NCBI GenBank assembly: GCA_964035545.1
Contig: OZ037769.1
Location: forward strand, 186,001-250,000
Source of the DNA: Bugula neritina
Taxonomy: Eukaryota; Animalia; Bryozoa
DNA length: 64,000 nt
Direction of reading: 5' to 3'
The notes below the pieces were generated by a model. It worked only from the letters and a program-made list of their open reading frames with translations. It was not told where the DNA came from and made no database searches. The translations under genes and the position numbers were made by a program. Shown piece by piece: positions 1 through 13,815 of the stretch; position 1 is the first letter of the stretch, and each line of letters opens with the position of its first letter.

Positions 1-360
1 AGTATGCTATGCTAGTGATATGCTATGCTAGTGATATGCTATGCTAGGGATATGCTATGCTAGTGATATGCTATGCTAGGGATATGCTATGCTGGGGATA
101 TGCTATGCTAGGGATATGCTATGCTAGTGATATGCTATGCTAGGGATATGCTATGCTAGTGATATGCTATGCTAGGGATATGCTATGCTAGTGATATGCT
201 ATGCTAGGGATATGCTATGCTAGTGATATGCTATGCTAGGGATATGCTATGCTAGTGATATGCTATGCTAGGGATATGCTATGCTAGTGATATGCTATGC
301 TAGGGATATGCTATGCTAGTGATATGCTATGCTAGGAATATGCTAGTGATATGCTATGCT
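1..360. repeat. 16-bp tandem repeat (TAGKGATATGCTATGC), truncated by window start
   Basis: Directly visible period of 16 nt, ~22 copies; ends just before a CTCAG acceptor-like site. Confidence 0.95.
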
Positions 361-2157
361 CCTCAGTAGTTGCTGCTGGAACTAACCACCAAAGTAAAGA
401 ATTACCTCAGTAAGCAAGGTTGCTATAGGAATGGGAGTTATTATACTATATAATACTATAATTGAGTATAGTAATGTGCTGCAAACCATCAGTGAGTAAG
501 AATGATTAGCCAATTGTGTTGATGGATTATGTAACATGACTATTAGAACAGTGGGTATTCATGAGTACAAAGCAATTAAGGTAATCTTCCACTTAGTAGC
601 AAATTGAAAGCTGCTAAAGTAAATGTGAAAGAGGCTGTCTGGAAATAAGGTTATCTCAAAAAACAACGTGATCACGTGGTAACTGATATCCATAATATTC
701 TAGAAAATACCATCCATTTCTGAACAGCTACTGTCCACAGCACTTGTTTCCACATCTGATGTTAGTCACAGCACATGTGTATGTGTGCACGAAGGTGTGC
801 ATGTATATGTGTATGTGTATGCACTATGTATGTGTGCATGTGTATATATATGTGTATGTATATGTGTATGCACTAGTATGCGTGTGTGTATGTATGTGCT
901 GTGTTGTCATCAGATGAGTTACTTTGTACCATGCCTATAACATCTTCCACACGAGGGTTATGAATGGAAAGCTCAAGGAAGATTTATCAGCTACATTACA
1001 GTTATTAAAGATAAATGTGGCTCCAGAAGAAAACCTCTTCCCAAACCGTAGCTCTGAGGATGTCAAAACTACTCAGTCCTGAGATTAAGTCTAATCCACT
1101 CAAACAATAGTATGAATTATATTCAAGTTGAAATGAAGAAGGTTTAGGAAAGATTAAATTCCAATATGAACAGATGGTTGCCATCAAACAGGCTGGAATT
1201 AGCGAGGAGTTAGACACAGTGAGAAGAAATATTAGAACACAGGCTACACATCTAATTTACTGGTAGAATAGTAGAGCACAGGCTACACGTCTAGTTTACT
1301 GGTAGAATAGTAGAATCATATGTTCTGTTGAGATTGTAGTACTAATGGGACACTTGGTTTATCATAATATAATACATAACTTGATAAAACTAGGTGCCAG
1401 TGCTATCAAACCTGAGACAAATTATATAAAGACAGTTCTACATGGTAGTGCTACTCAAACTAAATGCTGACTTATAATACATGCAGGTAAAGTTGGTAAT
1501 AGAATAGCTGCAGGTAAAGTTGGTAGAAGATATATGCAGGTAAAATGTGGGGTATGGAATTACTAATCCAACACAAACTTATTTTTTGCCCATTGCTTTG
1601 AAATCTCCATTAAGGGTTTCATTGAATATTGAATATTGTAAATCAAGTAGAGTTGCAAGTGTCAGGGATTAGAAGTGATGTTAAAGTGATGTAGAATGAG
1701 GTTAGAGAGGAGGGAAGGAGATTAATAAGATGTGAAGAGGCGGTGTTAAGACATGTCTATCAAAGAGACGGATACATAACTCAGCATTAGAAGAAGACTA
1801 TAAGATGTTTACAAAGTGAGAGATTAAGATGGTATAATAATGAGCTGATAATCCAGCTACTAAACGCCTTTTCAGGATATACTGGCTGCACGTAACAACA
1901 TTTCACAACATCTGAGCTTACAACTACTAGAGAGTGACTGAATCCTTGTAACTAAGGCTTCACTTCAAATTTATTTGTATAAGCAGATTAGCTGAGATTT
2001 TAAGGACACACATTCTATGACAGTGCTGTTTGTTTAGACTTTAGACTAATTTATTTCCTCTAAATATGTACAAAATATGTATTTACAAACCAGCTGAAAA
2101 ACGGCAAGGTATTTTACAAAAATATAGATAAGAGATGAAGTATAGTGAAAAGTGAAA

Positions 2158-2334
2158 TGTAGCTGTAGATGTCAGTGTGTAGCTGTAGAAGCCAGTGTGT
2201 AGCTGTAGAAGTCAGTGTGTAGCTGCAGAAGTCAGTGTGTAGCTGTAGAAGTCAGTGTGTAGCTGTAGAAGTCAGTGTGTAGCTGCAGAAGTCAGTGTGT
2301 AGCTGTAGAAGTCAGTGTGTAGCTGCAGAAGTCA
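2158..2334 (-). repeat. 20-bp tandem repeat in the RFC2 3' UTR; the unit starts with the TGA stop codon
   Basis: Minus-strand unit TGACTTCTRCAGCTACACAC x~9; the TGA of the first copy (2332-2334) is the RFC2 stop. Confidence 0.9.
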
Positions 2335-5300
2335 CTCGAGTAGAGATTTCCTGCAGAGTCTAGCCACTAGTCCCGAGAGCTGAAGAAGGGAGCCCAGGCC
2401 GTCTAGGATCCTCATCTGAGTGTATCCTATCTCCTGCAAGAGAGAGCAAGTTGACGTCAGAGCTGGATGTAAGAGGATTTGAGGATAGCCTCAGAGTCAT
2501 TAAACTAAACAACAGGTGAGGGCCAATAGTGAGGACACAGGCTAAGGATTACAAGATTACTGGAGAGATTATATAATTACTACTTCCTGTTAATTTCCTG
2601 GTAGAAGTTATTAGAGTTGATGACATCTATACAGTATATCTCTATACATCTATACAGTATATCTCTATATACATCTACACAGTATATCTCTATACATCTA
2701 TACAGTATATCTCTATACATCTACACAGTATATCTCTATATACATCTACACAGTATATCTCTATACATCTACACAGTATATCTCTATACATCTATACAGT
2801 ATATCTCTATACATCTACACAGTATATCTCTATACATCTACACAGTATATCTCTATACATCTATACAGTATATCTCTATACATCTATACAGTATATCTCT
2901 ATACATCCACACAGTATATCTCTATACATATATACAGTATATCTCTATACACCTATACAGTATATCTCTATACATCTATACAGTATATCTCTATACAGTA
3001 TATCTCTATACATCTACACAGTATATCTCTATACATCTATACTGTATATCTCTATACATCTATACAGTATATCTCTATACATCTATACTGTATATCTCTA
3101 TACATCTACACAGTATATCTCTATACATCTATACAGTATATCTCTATACATCTATACAGCATATCTCTATACATATATACAGTATATCTCTATACATATA
3201 TACAGTATATCTCTATACATATATACAGTACACTACACTGCACACTACACTATATATTATTATACTGAGTACTATACTGAGTACTATACTGAGTAATACA
3301 CTGTACAACACACTGTAAGCTGTAACCAACAATGTACATAAACCCCGTCCAATAGAGAGCCAGCTCAAGGAAATAGGAAGTGGATGGCCCTGGGAAAACG
3401 AGAAGGAATTCCTGTTGAGGGTAGCTGAGTGATGGTTTGACCAATAGGAATAGAGTTAGTAACCTAGAGACAGACAGTGGAGAGACAGACAGACAGACAA
3501 GGTGCCAACCTTGATGAACTCCAGTTTGAGATATTCGGCCATTTTGTGAGTCTTAGTAATGCGGAAGATGATACCAATGATATCCTCGGCAGCATACCCA
3601 CAGTTCCAGAGTTTGCTGACGATGACAAAGGCCTTGTCAAAGTCCCTGGCGACGCAGTAGTCTAGCATGTCCTTGACCAGCAGGGGGTGTGGCTCGTCAC
3701 ACACTTTGAACACGTTGTCTGTCGTAACTTTACCGAATCCCTGGGAGGTTGACTGGAGGTTATTCAGACCCTGAAATACACGTCACCTTCTGGTATATAG
3801 TATATACTATACTATATACTACACTATACTATACTACTAGTATACTAGGGTGGGACTGAAGAACATAGCCTGAGCACCAACCTGTCTCATGTCGCCCTCT
3901 GCAGTGAAAATGATGGCTTCCATGCCGGCGTCGTCAAACTCCACGTCTTCCGCCTCGCAGACAGCCAGCAGTCTGTCCAGCAGCTCGGCATCCGTTAGCT
4001 TTGTGTAACGCAACATGGCGCACCTCGACTGTATCGGCTCTACATAGTATAATAGCTCTACAGTATAATACCTCCATAGTATACACTGAGCTCTATAGTA
4101 TACACTGAGCTCTACAGTATACACTGAGTTCTACAGTATACACTGAGTTCTACAGTATACACTGAGCTCTATAGTATACACTGAGCTCTACAGTATACAC
4201 TGAGCTCTACAGTATACACTGAGCTCTACAGTATACACTGAGCTCTACAGTATACACTGAGCTCTATAGTATACACTGAGCTCTCCAGTATACACTGAGC
4301 TCTACAGTATACACTGAGCTCTACAGTATACACTGAGTTCTACAGTATACACTGAGTTCTACAGTATACACTGAGTTCTACATAATATAATAGCTCTACA
4401 GTATACACTGAGCTCTATAGTATACACTGAGCTCTACAGTATACACTGAGCTCTACAGTATACACTGAGTTCTACAGTATACACTGAGTTCTACAGTATA
4501 CACTGAGTTCTACATAATATAATAGCTCTACAGTATACACTGAGCTCTATAGTATACACTGAGCTCTAACAGTATACACTGAGTTCTACAGTATACACTG
4601 AGCTCTACAGTATACACTGAGCTCTAACAGAACGTACCGATGATTTTCTCTGAGGAGTTGCAGGCGAGGGCAAACCTCGTCGTCTTGGAGTAGAGCTCCA
4701 TGATACGACGCAACGCTTGCTGTGCTGACTCCGTCATGCTGTCTGCCTCGTCTAGTATCACCATCTTGTGTCTGCCGGGAGGCAGTGTGACCTTCTTCTG
4801 AGCGAACGTCTTAATTCTGTTCCTCACAGCGTCTATACCCCTAGCATAGTACAATATATCCACCCCTAGTATAGTATATCCACCCCTAGTATAGTATAGT
4901 ATATCCACCCCTAGTATAGTACAATATATCCACCCCTAGTATAGTATAGTATATCCACCCCTAGTATAGTATATCCACCCCTAGTATAGTATAGTATATC
5001 CACCCCTAGTATAGTATAGTATATCCACCCCTAGTATAGTATAGTATATCCACCCCTAGTATAGCATAGTATAGTATAGTATATCCACCCCTAGTATAGT
5101 ATAGTATATCTACCCCTAGTATAGTATAGTATATCCACCCCTAGTATAGCATAGTATATCCACCCCTAGTATAGCATAGTACAATATATCCACCCCTAGT
5201 ATAGTATAGTATATCCACCCCTAGTATAGTATAATATATCCACCCCTAGCATAGTATAGTATATCCACCCCTAATATAGTATAGTATATCCACCCCTAGT

Positions 5301-6821
5301 ATAGTATAATATATCCACCCCTAGTATAATATAGTATAGTATATCCACCCCTAGTATAGTATAGTATAGTATATCCACCCTTGGTATAGTATAATTTATC
5401 ACACTGACCTCTCATTAGACGCATTGAGCTCCAAAACAGCCTCGGATATTGCGTCACCCAATAGACTGCGTGCTAGACATAAAATGCTGGTAGTCTTTCC
5501 GGTGCCTGGAGGGCCCTAAATAAGTTCACACTGTCTAATATTTGTTTACCTTCAGCACCAAAGCACACCTCTTCAGTACAAGTGGATACTATCCGTTCAT
5601 TCAATACTCTACACATTAGCGAAGACAACTCCAAATTGGACATGCTATGCTTTCCTTTAAACTAGCGTCAAGAATGCTAGCAAAGCAATAGTAACCACAC
5701 AGCAATACAAATCTCAGTAATCAAGTGAGTAAAACTATGAGTTAAAATCATCCAGTGTTTGATACTCACAGCTATGACAATATTTGGCACATTTCCACTC
5801 TTGGCAAATACCGCCAATCTCTGCACCGTACTTTCATTTCCAACAATGTCTTCCATTTTTAAAGGTCTATACTTCTCAACCCTTCAACACAAATGAAAAT
5901 AACGGAATTGATACAAGTTATTGCAGAAGCATTTATAATGGCGTTGATTACAGAGTCCCATAATAGTTACGGACAACCTACACCATAAACGAGACAACTC
6001 CGAATTTAATTATTTAGCATGCCCTTGATAACCACAATGAACCATTTGGACATCAGGTACAGCATAAAACCTATTGCACATTGCATAATAATTAATAAAT
6101 ACGAACTGTTGTAATTATTTTATGCAAAATTTCAGTCATCAATTGCTGTTTCAACTTTGTGATCAGAATAATAGTCTAAAGACTGCAATACTTCTGTAGC
6201 TCACAGCTGAGTAACATAACAGTAACTGTGAGTGCAAGACTCAGTGTGAGTGTAACTCACTCTTACTAAGAGTAAGATCGCCATGCTGATGATAAATTTG
6301 TTAATAAGTTATTATCACCTAACGTTGATGATTATGACAAGCATTCTTATTTCTTATCAAATGACACATGGTAATGGATATAGCAAATGCAATAGAATAG
6401 GCACCGGGTAAAAATACTAACTGTGAAATTCAAATTGAATATGAATATCAAATTAAATATGAAATATTAAATTTAATAATATTAATAATAATATGAAATT
6501 GAATTAGAATAGCAATATAAATATTAAATCATATATGCATATGGGAATAGCCAACAAAAAGTGAATATATAAAATTCAATATGAAAATTAAAATATGTAT
6601 TTCATTTTTAACTTTTACCTAAAACTTGAGTATTGTGATTATCAATATGATTATCGAATTCAATATGAATATCATTATGACTATCATTAACAATAAGTGA
6701 ATAACTGATTAAGATTATGATTATCATCAACTTTAGGTTTAAAACTAACAGTAACTCTAACAGAAACTTACCAGGGCTGGTCGCGTTTTGACTTTGCATC
6801 TTTAGATTTTTCTTGATCCAT
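2332..6821 (-). CDS. RFC2: Replication factor C subunit 2 (clamp loader small subunit), 7 exons
   Basis: Exons 6772-6821, 5770-5881, 5409-5515, 4638-4840, 3882-4039, 3510-3770, 2332-2433 join in frame at GT-AG. Motifs PWVEKYRP, Walker [25 protein letters not shown], Walker [13 protein letters not shown] motif, [19 protein letters not shown]. Confidence 0.96.
2620..3230. repeat. 23-bp intronic minisatellite (ACAGTATATCTCTATACATCTAY), RFC2 intron 6
   Basis: Visible tandem array; source of spurious ORF 2617-3318. Confidence 0.95.
4037..4625 (-). repeat. 19-bp array containing the RFC2 exon 5 acceptor motif (TGTAG|AGC)
   Basis: Unit TACAGTATACACTGAGCTC (+) fills intron 4; real junction is ctatgtag|AGCCG. 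Confidence 0.9.
4837..5395 (-). repeat. ~25-bp array containing the RFC2 exon 4 acceptor motif (CTAG|GGGT)
   Basis: Unit ATAGTATAGTATATCCACCCCTAGT (+) fills intron 3; real junction is gctag|GGGTATAGAC. Confidence 0.9.
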
Positions 6822-7806
6822 TTATACATATAGTTGAGAAAATTTACAGGTGGTTAAATGACAATTCGGCTGTATACCGAAGTAGGGTAGCAGAACAATC
6901 GGAGGTTTAACAAGTCAGTTTTAAAAAATGACTGCAGAGTTCAACAATAAAATTGAATTAGACAGAGACTCCATATTACTTGCGCTGTTGACGAGACCCC
7001 CACGATGAACGATGGTAAAGATTCAAGAACCTACGCTTAGCAACTGCTCATAAAAGTAAATCTCCCGCCAATAACTAGGTAATGACAACTCCACATTTCT
7101 AGATGAGTTGCTCTTAAAATAATAATATAATTGCACAAATTTGCTACAAAATTTATACCATTATAATCTGCAATAAAAAAAACCATGTGTATATGCTGGA
7201 TCAACATATTTTATATGCTTATCTATTCAATAATGCTTATCGTTAATTTCAGTTGCTGTTTGCATATAAATGATTGTATGACTCACAATGAATGAGCACC
7301 TGATAGGTTTACCCTAATGATGATCTTTCACTGCTTGTTGGGTAAACCGAGTACAAGGTGTTGGTGTTAAAACATGTATTTAAAAGTTAATAGTAAAAAC
7401 AGCTTCACTAGTAAAATAAACATGGTTATAAACTGTTAATAGTAATAAAACTACTTCACTGGTAAAATAAACCTACAAATGCATTACATTTTCAGAAATG
7501 ACCAGATTTAAAAAATAAGTCTTCACAACTTAACAGGCATACAAACTACTTCACTACAAAAATAAAAGACATTAGTACGAGACAGCAGTGGTACAGCACC
7601 TTTAGTTGAAATCACATTGACTCTCACACCACTCAACTATCTTCAGAACATAACATTATATGAAACTATAGTAACAAAACTTATAGCAATAGAGTTTGTA
7701 TGAAGCGAAAGAATGATGAAGTTGTGATATATTGAGTATTGCAGAGCGTAGAAACCTTTTTAACGGCACTGTAGCCAATCAAAGTAAAGATACAAAAGTT
7801 AGTCTG

Positions 7807-10800
7807 TTAGTTAGTTATGCTGTGGCTTCCTGATAGGCTGATTTTAAGCTCTGCCGTTGCTGATTGGTCGACTTTGTCAACACTGTTAGCTGATTGGCTG
7901 AGTGAAGGAATACTCGGACTGAGTGACACATTGATCTGCCTTGAAGACAGAGTAGGAGGAAGTTCAGTTGGGCGTCTGTTACCTAAAATAGTGTACCAAA
8001 GCAATACCATAACTATATTATATACTGTAGTGTACCACAGCAATACCATAACTATATTATATACTGTAGTGTACCAAAGCAATACCATAACTATATTATA
8101 TACTGTAGTGTACCAAAGCAATACCATAACTATATTATATACTGTAGTGTACCACAGCAATACCATAACTATATTATATACTGTAGTGTACCACAGCAAT
8201 ACCATAACTATATTATATACTGTAGTGTACCACAGCAATACCATAACTATATTATATACTGTAGTGTACCACAGCAATACCATAACTATATTATATACTG
8301 TAGTGTACCAAAGCAATACCATAACTATATTATATACTGTAGTGTACCACAGCAATACCATAACTATATTATATACTGTAGTGTACCACAGCAATACCAT
8401 AACTATATTATATACTGTAGTGTACCACAGCAATACCATAACTATATTATATACTGTAGTGTACCACAGCAATACCATAACTATATTATATACTGTAGTA
8501 AACTGTAATAATACTGCTGCTACATACAAGTGTTACTATGACAATACTCCTACTGCATACAGGTGTTGCTATGGCAATACCGGTGCTACATACAAGTGTA
8601 CTATGACAATACCGGTGCTATAGGAGACTGCTAGGTTGCCGCTGTCAGACACGAGAGAACCAAAGAGTGGTCTCATGCTGGTGGCGTCATCCCGCAGGTG
8701 CAGTTCATCTGTGGAGGTGCTATCAGAATGCACGCTGACTGTATCCTGTGTCATGTTGCTGCCAATAACCATATTACAATTTTACTGTATTATATTACAA
8801 TATTACTGTATTATATTACTATATTATATTACCGTATTACCATATTATATTACCATATTACTATATTATATTACCGTATTACCATATTATATTACCATAT
8901 TACTATATTATATTACCGTATTACCATATTATATTACCATATTACTGTACTATATTACCATATTAGTGTATTATATTAGTGTATTATATTACTGTATTAC
9001 TGCATTATATTACTGTATGGAGCAGTCGTAACATTAAACTCACCTGCCTGTCGTAACTTTGCTTTGAGCTCTAGTGAGGCGACCAATCACAGCCTGCATC
9101 TCTTTGTTATTTGTTTTCATTTTCATCCTTCAAGTAAAGCAGAAGTCTGTGTTACACAGTAGAAGAAGCACGCTAAAAGACACACAGACAGACAGTGAGA
9201 GACACATAGACAGACTAAAAGACAGACAGACAGACTTACAAGTCATTTTGTAACTCTAGTATAACACTCTGTAGTTGTTCCACCTCCTTCTCATGATTCA
9301 CTTCCAAATTAACTCTTTCTGCAGATAACCGCCTATTCTCCTCCTGGTGTGACGCAATCTCTAGTTGTGTCTTCTTCAACATCTGCTCCAGATATCCCTG
9401 AGATATACGTAACCATGCTTACTATGACTCACCTTGTCAAGGTGACATAGGCTATGTCAAGGTGACACGGGCTATGTCAAGGTAACACGGACTATGTCAA
9501 GGTTACACGAGCTATGTCAAGGTTACACGGACTATGTCAAGGTTACACGAGCTATGTCAAGGTGACATGAGCTATGTCAAGGTGACACAGGCTATGTCAA
9601 GGTTACACGAGCTATGTCAAGGTGACACGAGCTATGTCAAGGTGACACACACACCTTTTGCTCACTAGTCGTCCTGAAGGCTCGCTGCAGAGACGCCAGC
9701 CTCTCTTTGAGATTACTATCAGCTATGACTGTGAGAGAGGTCTTCTGATTGGTCATTGAGTGCATTTGCTGGTCAGTGTGTGGGGAATGTGTGGGTGTAG
9801 AGGTACTTGATAGGTCCTGCTTCTCTTGGAGATCATTTTCTATTCCTTCAACACTGCAAATAGAGTAACTGTATGTTATACACTTACCTTAGAGTAGCTG
9901 TATGTTATACACTTACCTTAGAGTAGCTGTATGTCATACACTTAGCTTAGAGTAACTGTATGTTATACACTTACCTTAGAGTAGCTGTATGTTATACACT
10001 TACCTTAGAGTAGCTGTATGTTATACACTTACCTTAGAGTAGCTGTATGTTATACACTTACCTTAGAGTAGCTGTATGTTATACACTTACCTTAGAGTAG
10101 CTGTATGTTATACACTTACCTTAGATACAGTAACTGTATGTTATACACTTACCAGTGTTCAAACTTCAGATAAGGTGAATAGTCAACAAGAATTCGGCCT
10201 TCCAGACTATTATTTTTATTTTTCAAACAGAAACTACAAGAAACAAACAGAAACTACAAGAAACAAACAGAAACTACAAGAAACAAACAGAAACTACAAG
10301 AAACAAACAGAAACTACAAGAAACAAACAGAAACTACAAGAAACAAACAGAAACTACAAGAAACAAACAGAAACTACAAGAAACAAACAGAAACTACAAG
10401 AAATAAAGAGAAACCACAGATGACCAACAAAGTACAGTTTTCAGCAGTTGCATGTGATGCACCTCTAAAATAGATGACAACTCCTAGCCATTTTGAAACA
10501 ATAAAGAAAATTGTTGAATATATGATGTATCATATATGAAAGCTTACTTAAAGTCTATGGCTTCCAGTCCAATAATATCAGCTATGAGCAGTTGCATTTC
10601 CTCACTGCACACGATAGCACCGTCGTGGTAGTATTTACTGTGGATTAATACAAACACATGTGGTGAAATGATAGGAATTACACTTTTTGTATTGTATGGT
10701 ATGATGTATGTGTGCACAGTGTATGGTGTATGTGTGCACAGTGTATGGTGTATGTGTGCACAGTGTATAGTGTATGTGTGCACAGTGTATAGTGTATGTG

Positions 10801-12326
10801 TGCACAGTGTATGGTGTATGTGTGCACAGTGTATGGTGTATGTGTGCACAGTGTATAGTGTATGTGTGCACAGTGTATAGTGTATGTGTGCACAGTGTAT
10901 AGTGTATGTGTGCACAGTGTATAGTGTATGTGTGCACAGTGTATGGTGTATGTGTGCACAGTGTATAGTATATGTGTGCACAGTGTATGTGTGCACAGTG
11001 TATAGTGTATGTGTGCACAGTGTATAGTGTATGTGTGCACAGTGTATAGTGTATGTGTGCACAGTGTATAGTGTATGTGTGCACAGTGTATAGTGTATGT
11101 GTGCACAGTGTATAGTGTATGTGTGCACAGTGTATAGTGTATGTGTGCACAGTGTATAGTGTATGTGTGCACAGTGTATAGTGTATGTGTGCACAGTGTA
11201 TAGTGTATGTGTGCACAGTGTATGGTGTATGTGTGCACAGTGTATGGTGTATGTGTGCACAGTGTATAGTGTATGTGTGCACAGTGTATAGTGTATGTGT
11301 GCACAGTGTATAGTGTATGTGTGCACAGTGTATAGTGTATGTGTGCACAGTGTATAGTGTATGTGTGCACAGTGTATGGTGTATGTGTGCACAGTGTATG
11401 GTGTATGTGTGCACAGTGTATAGTGTATGTGTGCACAGTGTATAGTGTATGTGTGCACAGTGTATAGTGTATGTGTGCACAGTGTATAGTGTATGTGTGC
11501 ACAGTGTATGGTAGGACATGAATCAGTACCAGTGTTTAGATGTAGATGTGTGCACAGTACCTGAGCAGATCAGATCTAGAATGAGCGTGTCTCAGATACT
11601 CTGCTAACCTTTTCTCCATTAGTGCAAACCTTAGCCACGCCCGTCCCTGTAACAGAGCAGTAGTCTATTCTAGAACACAGGCTACCAATTATTACTTGGC
11701 AGAAAACCTTCACTTGAATAGCTTCAGGTTAACAAGCAATAAAAAACTCGAGTTGAGAAGGGGATACTCTCTTGTAGTGAAGGTACTAACCTTAGCTATG
11801 TTATTCTTCAGGGAGCTAATTCTACAGACTTTCTCTATACAGTTATCTGGAAGACCCGATGTACTGTCTTTTATAAAGTTCCAGAATGTTCCAGGGTTAG
11901 CACCAAACAAGGAAATGCCAGCTGAAAACATAAAACTGGATTTAGTGTGAAGCACAAGAGTCACTCTACAAGCCCTAGGCCAATGAAGTGCTTTAAGCAA
12001 CAGACGAGTAATAGACTAACCTTTGGCATGATGATTGAGAATGTGCTCCACAGTGGCTAGTAGATTTATAGTCTCAGGCCCATCTTCTTCAATATCCCCT
12101 ACACTTGCTTTATCTATAACGGCTTTTATCACAAACCTATTGAGAAACACACAGAAAACAAAGGCTGAAAAACATGAATGAAGAGTTGAAATACCTCACA
12201 TACAGGAAGCATGCTAGGAGAGGTTGTGATAGATTTCCTACCACAAAGAAACTCTTACCTACAGATGAGTACAAGGTTGTGTTTCTCTACGTAAAAATTG
12301 CGTCTGTTTAAAGCATCACCTTCCAT
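7807..12326 (-). CDS. RUNDC3: RUN domain-containing protein 3 (RUNDC3A/B, RPIP8/9-like)
   Basis: Approximate exons 12259-12326, 12021-12136, 11790-11922, 11561-11646, 10549-10638, 10153-10206, 9655-9853, 9240-9397, 9044-9127, 8612-8758, 7807-7982. Translations: EKHNLVLICRFVIK..VEHILNHHAK, FWNFIK, GRAWLRFALMEKRLAEYL, IGLEAIDF, VDYSPYLKF, QKGYLEQ..VILELQ coiled coil. These match the RUNDC3 family as I recall it. Confidence 0.88.
7990..8500. repeat. 39-bp intronic minisatellite abutting the last RUNDC3 acceptor
   Basis: GTGTACCAMAGCAATACCATAACTATATTATATACTGTA x~13; source of spurious ORFs on both strands. Confidence 0.95.
9433..9650. repeat. 20-bp intronic minisatellite (CTATGTCAAGGTKACACGRR)
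   Basis: ~10 copies between RUNDC3 exons. Confidence 0.9.
9860..10152 (-). repeat. 29-bp array, each unit GTAAGT...CTAAG, making up a whole RUNDC3 intron
   Basis: Minus unit GTAAGTGTATAACATACAGCTACTCTAAG x10; the first copy is the real donor. Confidence 0.92.
10225..10400. repeat. 20-bp perfect repeat (AAACAAACAGAAACTACAAG)
   Basis: ~9 copies just upstream of a RUNDC3 acceptor; on the minus strand each is a U-rich tract with TGTAG. Confidence 0.93.
10705..11512. repeat. 20-bp minisatellite (GTGTATRGTGTATGTGTGCACA-type, palindromic TGTGCACA core)
   Basis: ~40 copies; source of the HTYTIHCA spurious ORFs. Confidence 0.95.
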
Positions 12327-13667
12327 TGTATTAAATCTCACAAAGCAAACATTTGCATTGCCACTCTGAATTTCCTGTGTACCCTAAACAGTATAACATA
12401 TAAACAGTATAATAAAGTCATAGTTGATTAAACATAAATCACTAAATAGAAATATAATTATAATATAAATATATAACCATCGGTGTAATTAATAAACTAA
12501 AATTATTATAACTTCAATTGGGAATGAATATCTAGTAATACTATACTCACAATTATTAATCAATATAAATATTATAATATAATTAGAAAATTAAATATAA
12601 CTTATAAGTTAATGTATAAGATATCATAAAATTAAACGACATCTTCTACTTTAAACAATAAAATTAAATGTTAGAATATAATTATATAAAATTAACTTAA
12701 ATTTATAATCACTATAACTATGAGTATGAGTATGAGTATCACTATGTCTATTGACTTTGAGTTTGACTATAAATATAAGTATAAGATTAAGTATATTCAC
12801 TTTCACTTTCAGATTATAATTATTCCGATTACTATTAGTATTACTATTAGTATTAGTATTAAATTTCGTATTGCTATTATTAAATGACAAATTTATTAAT
12901 AATAACTGCCATTACATTTATTATATTCACAGTATCAATATGAATATTGTGTATATAATGAATATTGAATAATAATAATTATAATAACAATCATAATCAT
13001 AATGAATAAATATAATTATAATAGATATATTTATAATAATATTATTTAATAAATTATTAAATTATTATTGATAATTACTAAATTAGTGTCAATATTTTAA
13101 TTTAAAATGAAATTTATAATCTTAAATTGAATTATTGCTATTAGTACACTAAGTCTAACCTGTAAGGCACCGTACCCGTCACAGTGACTTTAGTACCAGC
13201 AATAATTATGATCATAATGTCATTGTGATTATTTACAATTCACATGACCAATTTGATCCTTTGTTGTTACATGAAAATCCAATAAATTGAAAAACAATTA
13301 ACGAGCGGTCTAATATAGTCCCGTTCATGTTATATGACCTCAAACCTCAACTTCTGAAATAGTAGTATGAGTATTATAAATGATATTCCAGTGACCAAAA
13401 CCGGGAAATGTTGCTGAAAATAAGATAAGATCTGGCGGAGCCAATTAATTAATTTATACCACTGTTCCGGTTAGTTTCAAAGCGAGAATATTAAATTTTA
13501 TATTACAATTTTCTATTTTGAATACAAAATTACAATCAGTATTACCACTTGAAAAAAATTGCTGTAGCTCTGTCTGTAAAAGTAAAGAAATGTTCAGATT
13601 TTTGCTATTTTAGGCACTGTTAACTTCAAGAGTGATATTAATATTATAGTTTGTAGTGACGTTAGTT

Positions 13668-13815
13668 AGTACTACTACTACCAGTACTAGTACTACTACT
13701 ACCAGTACTAGTACTACTACTACTAGTACTACTACTAGTACTAGTACTACTAGTACTAGTAGTAGTACTAGTACTACTAGTACTAGTAGTAGTACTAGTA
13801 CTACTAGTACTAGTA
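13668..13815. repeat. TAC/TAG palindromic microsatellite (TACTAGTA-rich)
   Basis: Visible; lies upstream of the first RWDD4 coding exon. Confidence 0.85.

Noticed and set aside
365-1260. Possible 3' exons of a + strand gene entering from the left
   Set aside because: Splice-like signals are present but I could not build a consistent open frame or recognise a product.
10544-11519. Three overlapping ~300-aa His/Cys-rich ORFs (metal-binding-like)
   Set aside because: All frames of a 20-bp repeat inside a RUNDC3 intron; only the last ~30 codons of one ORF are a real exon.
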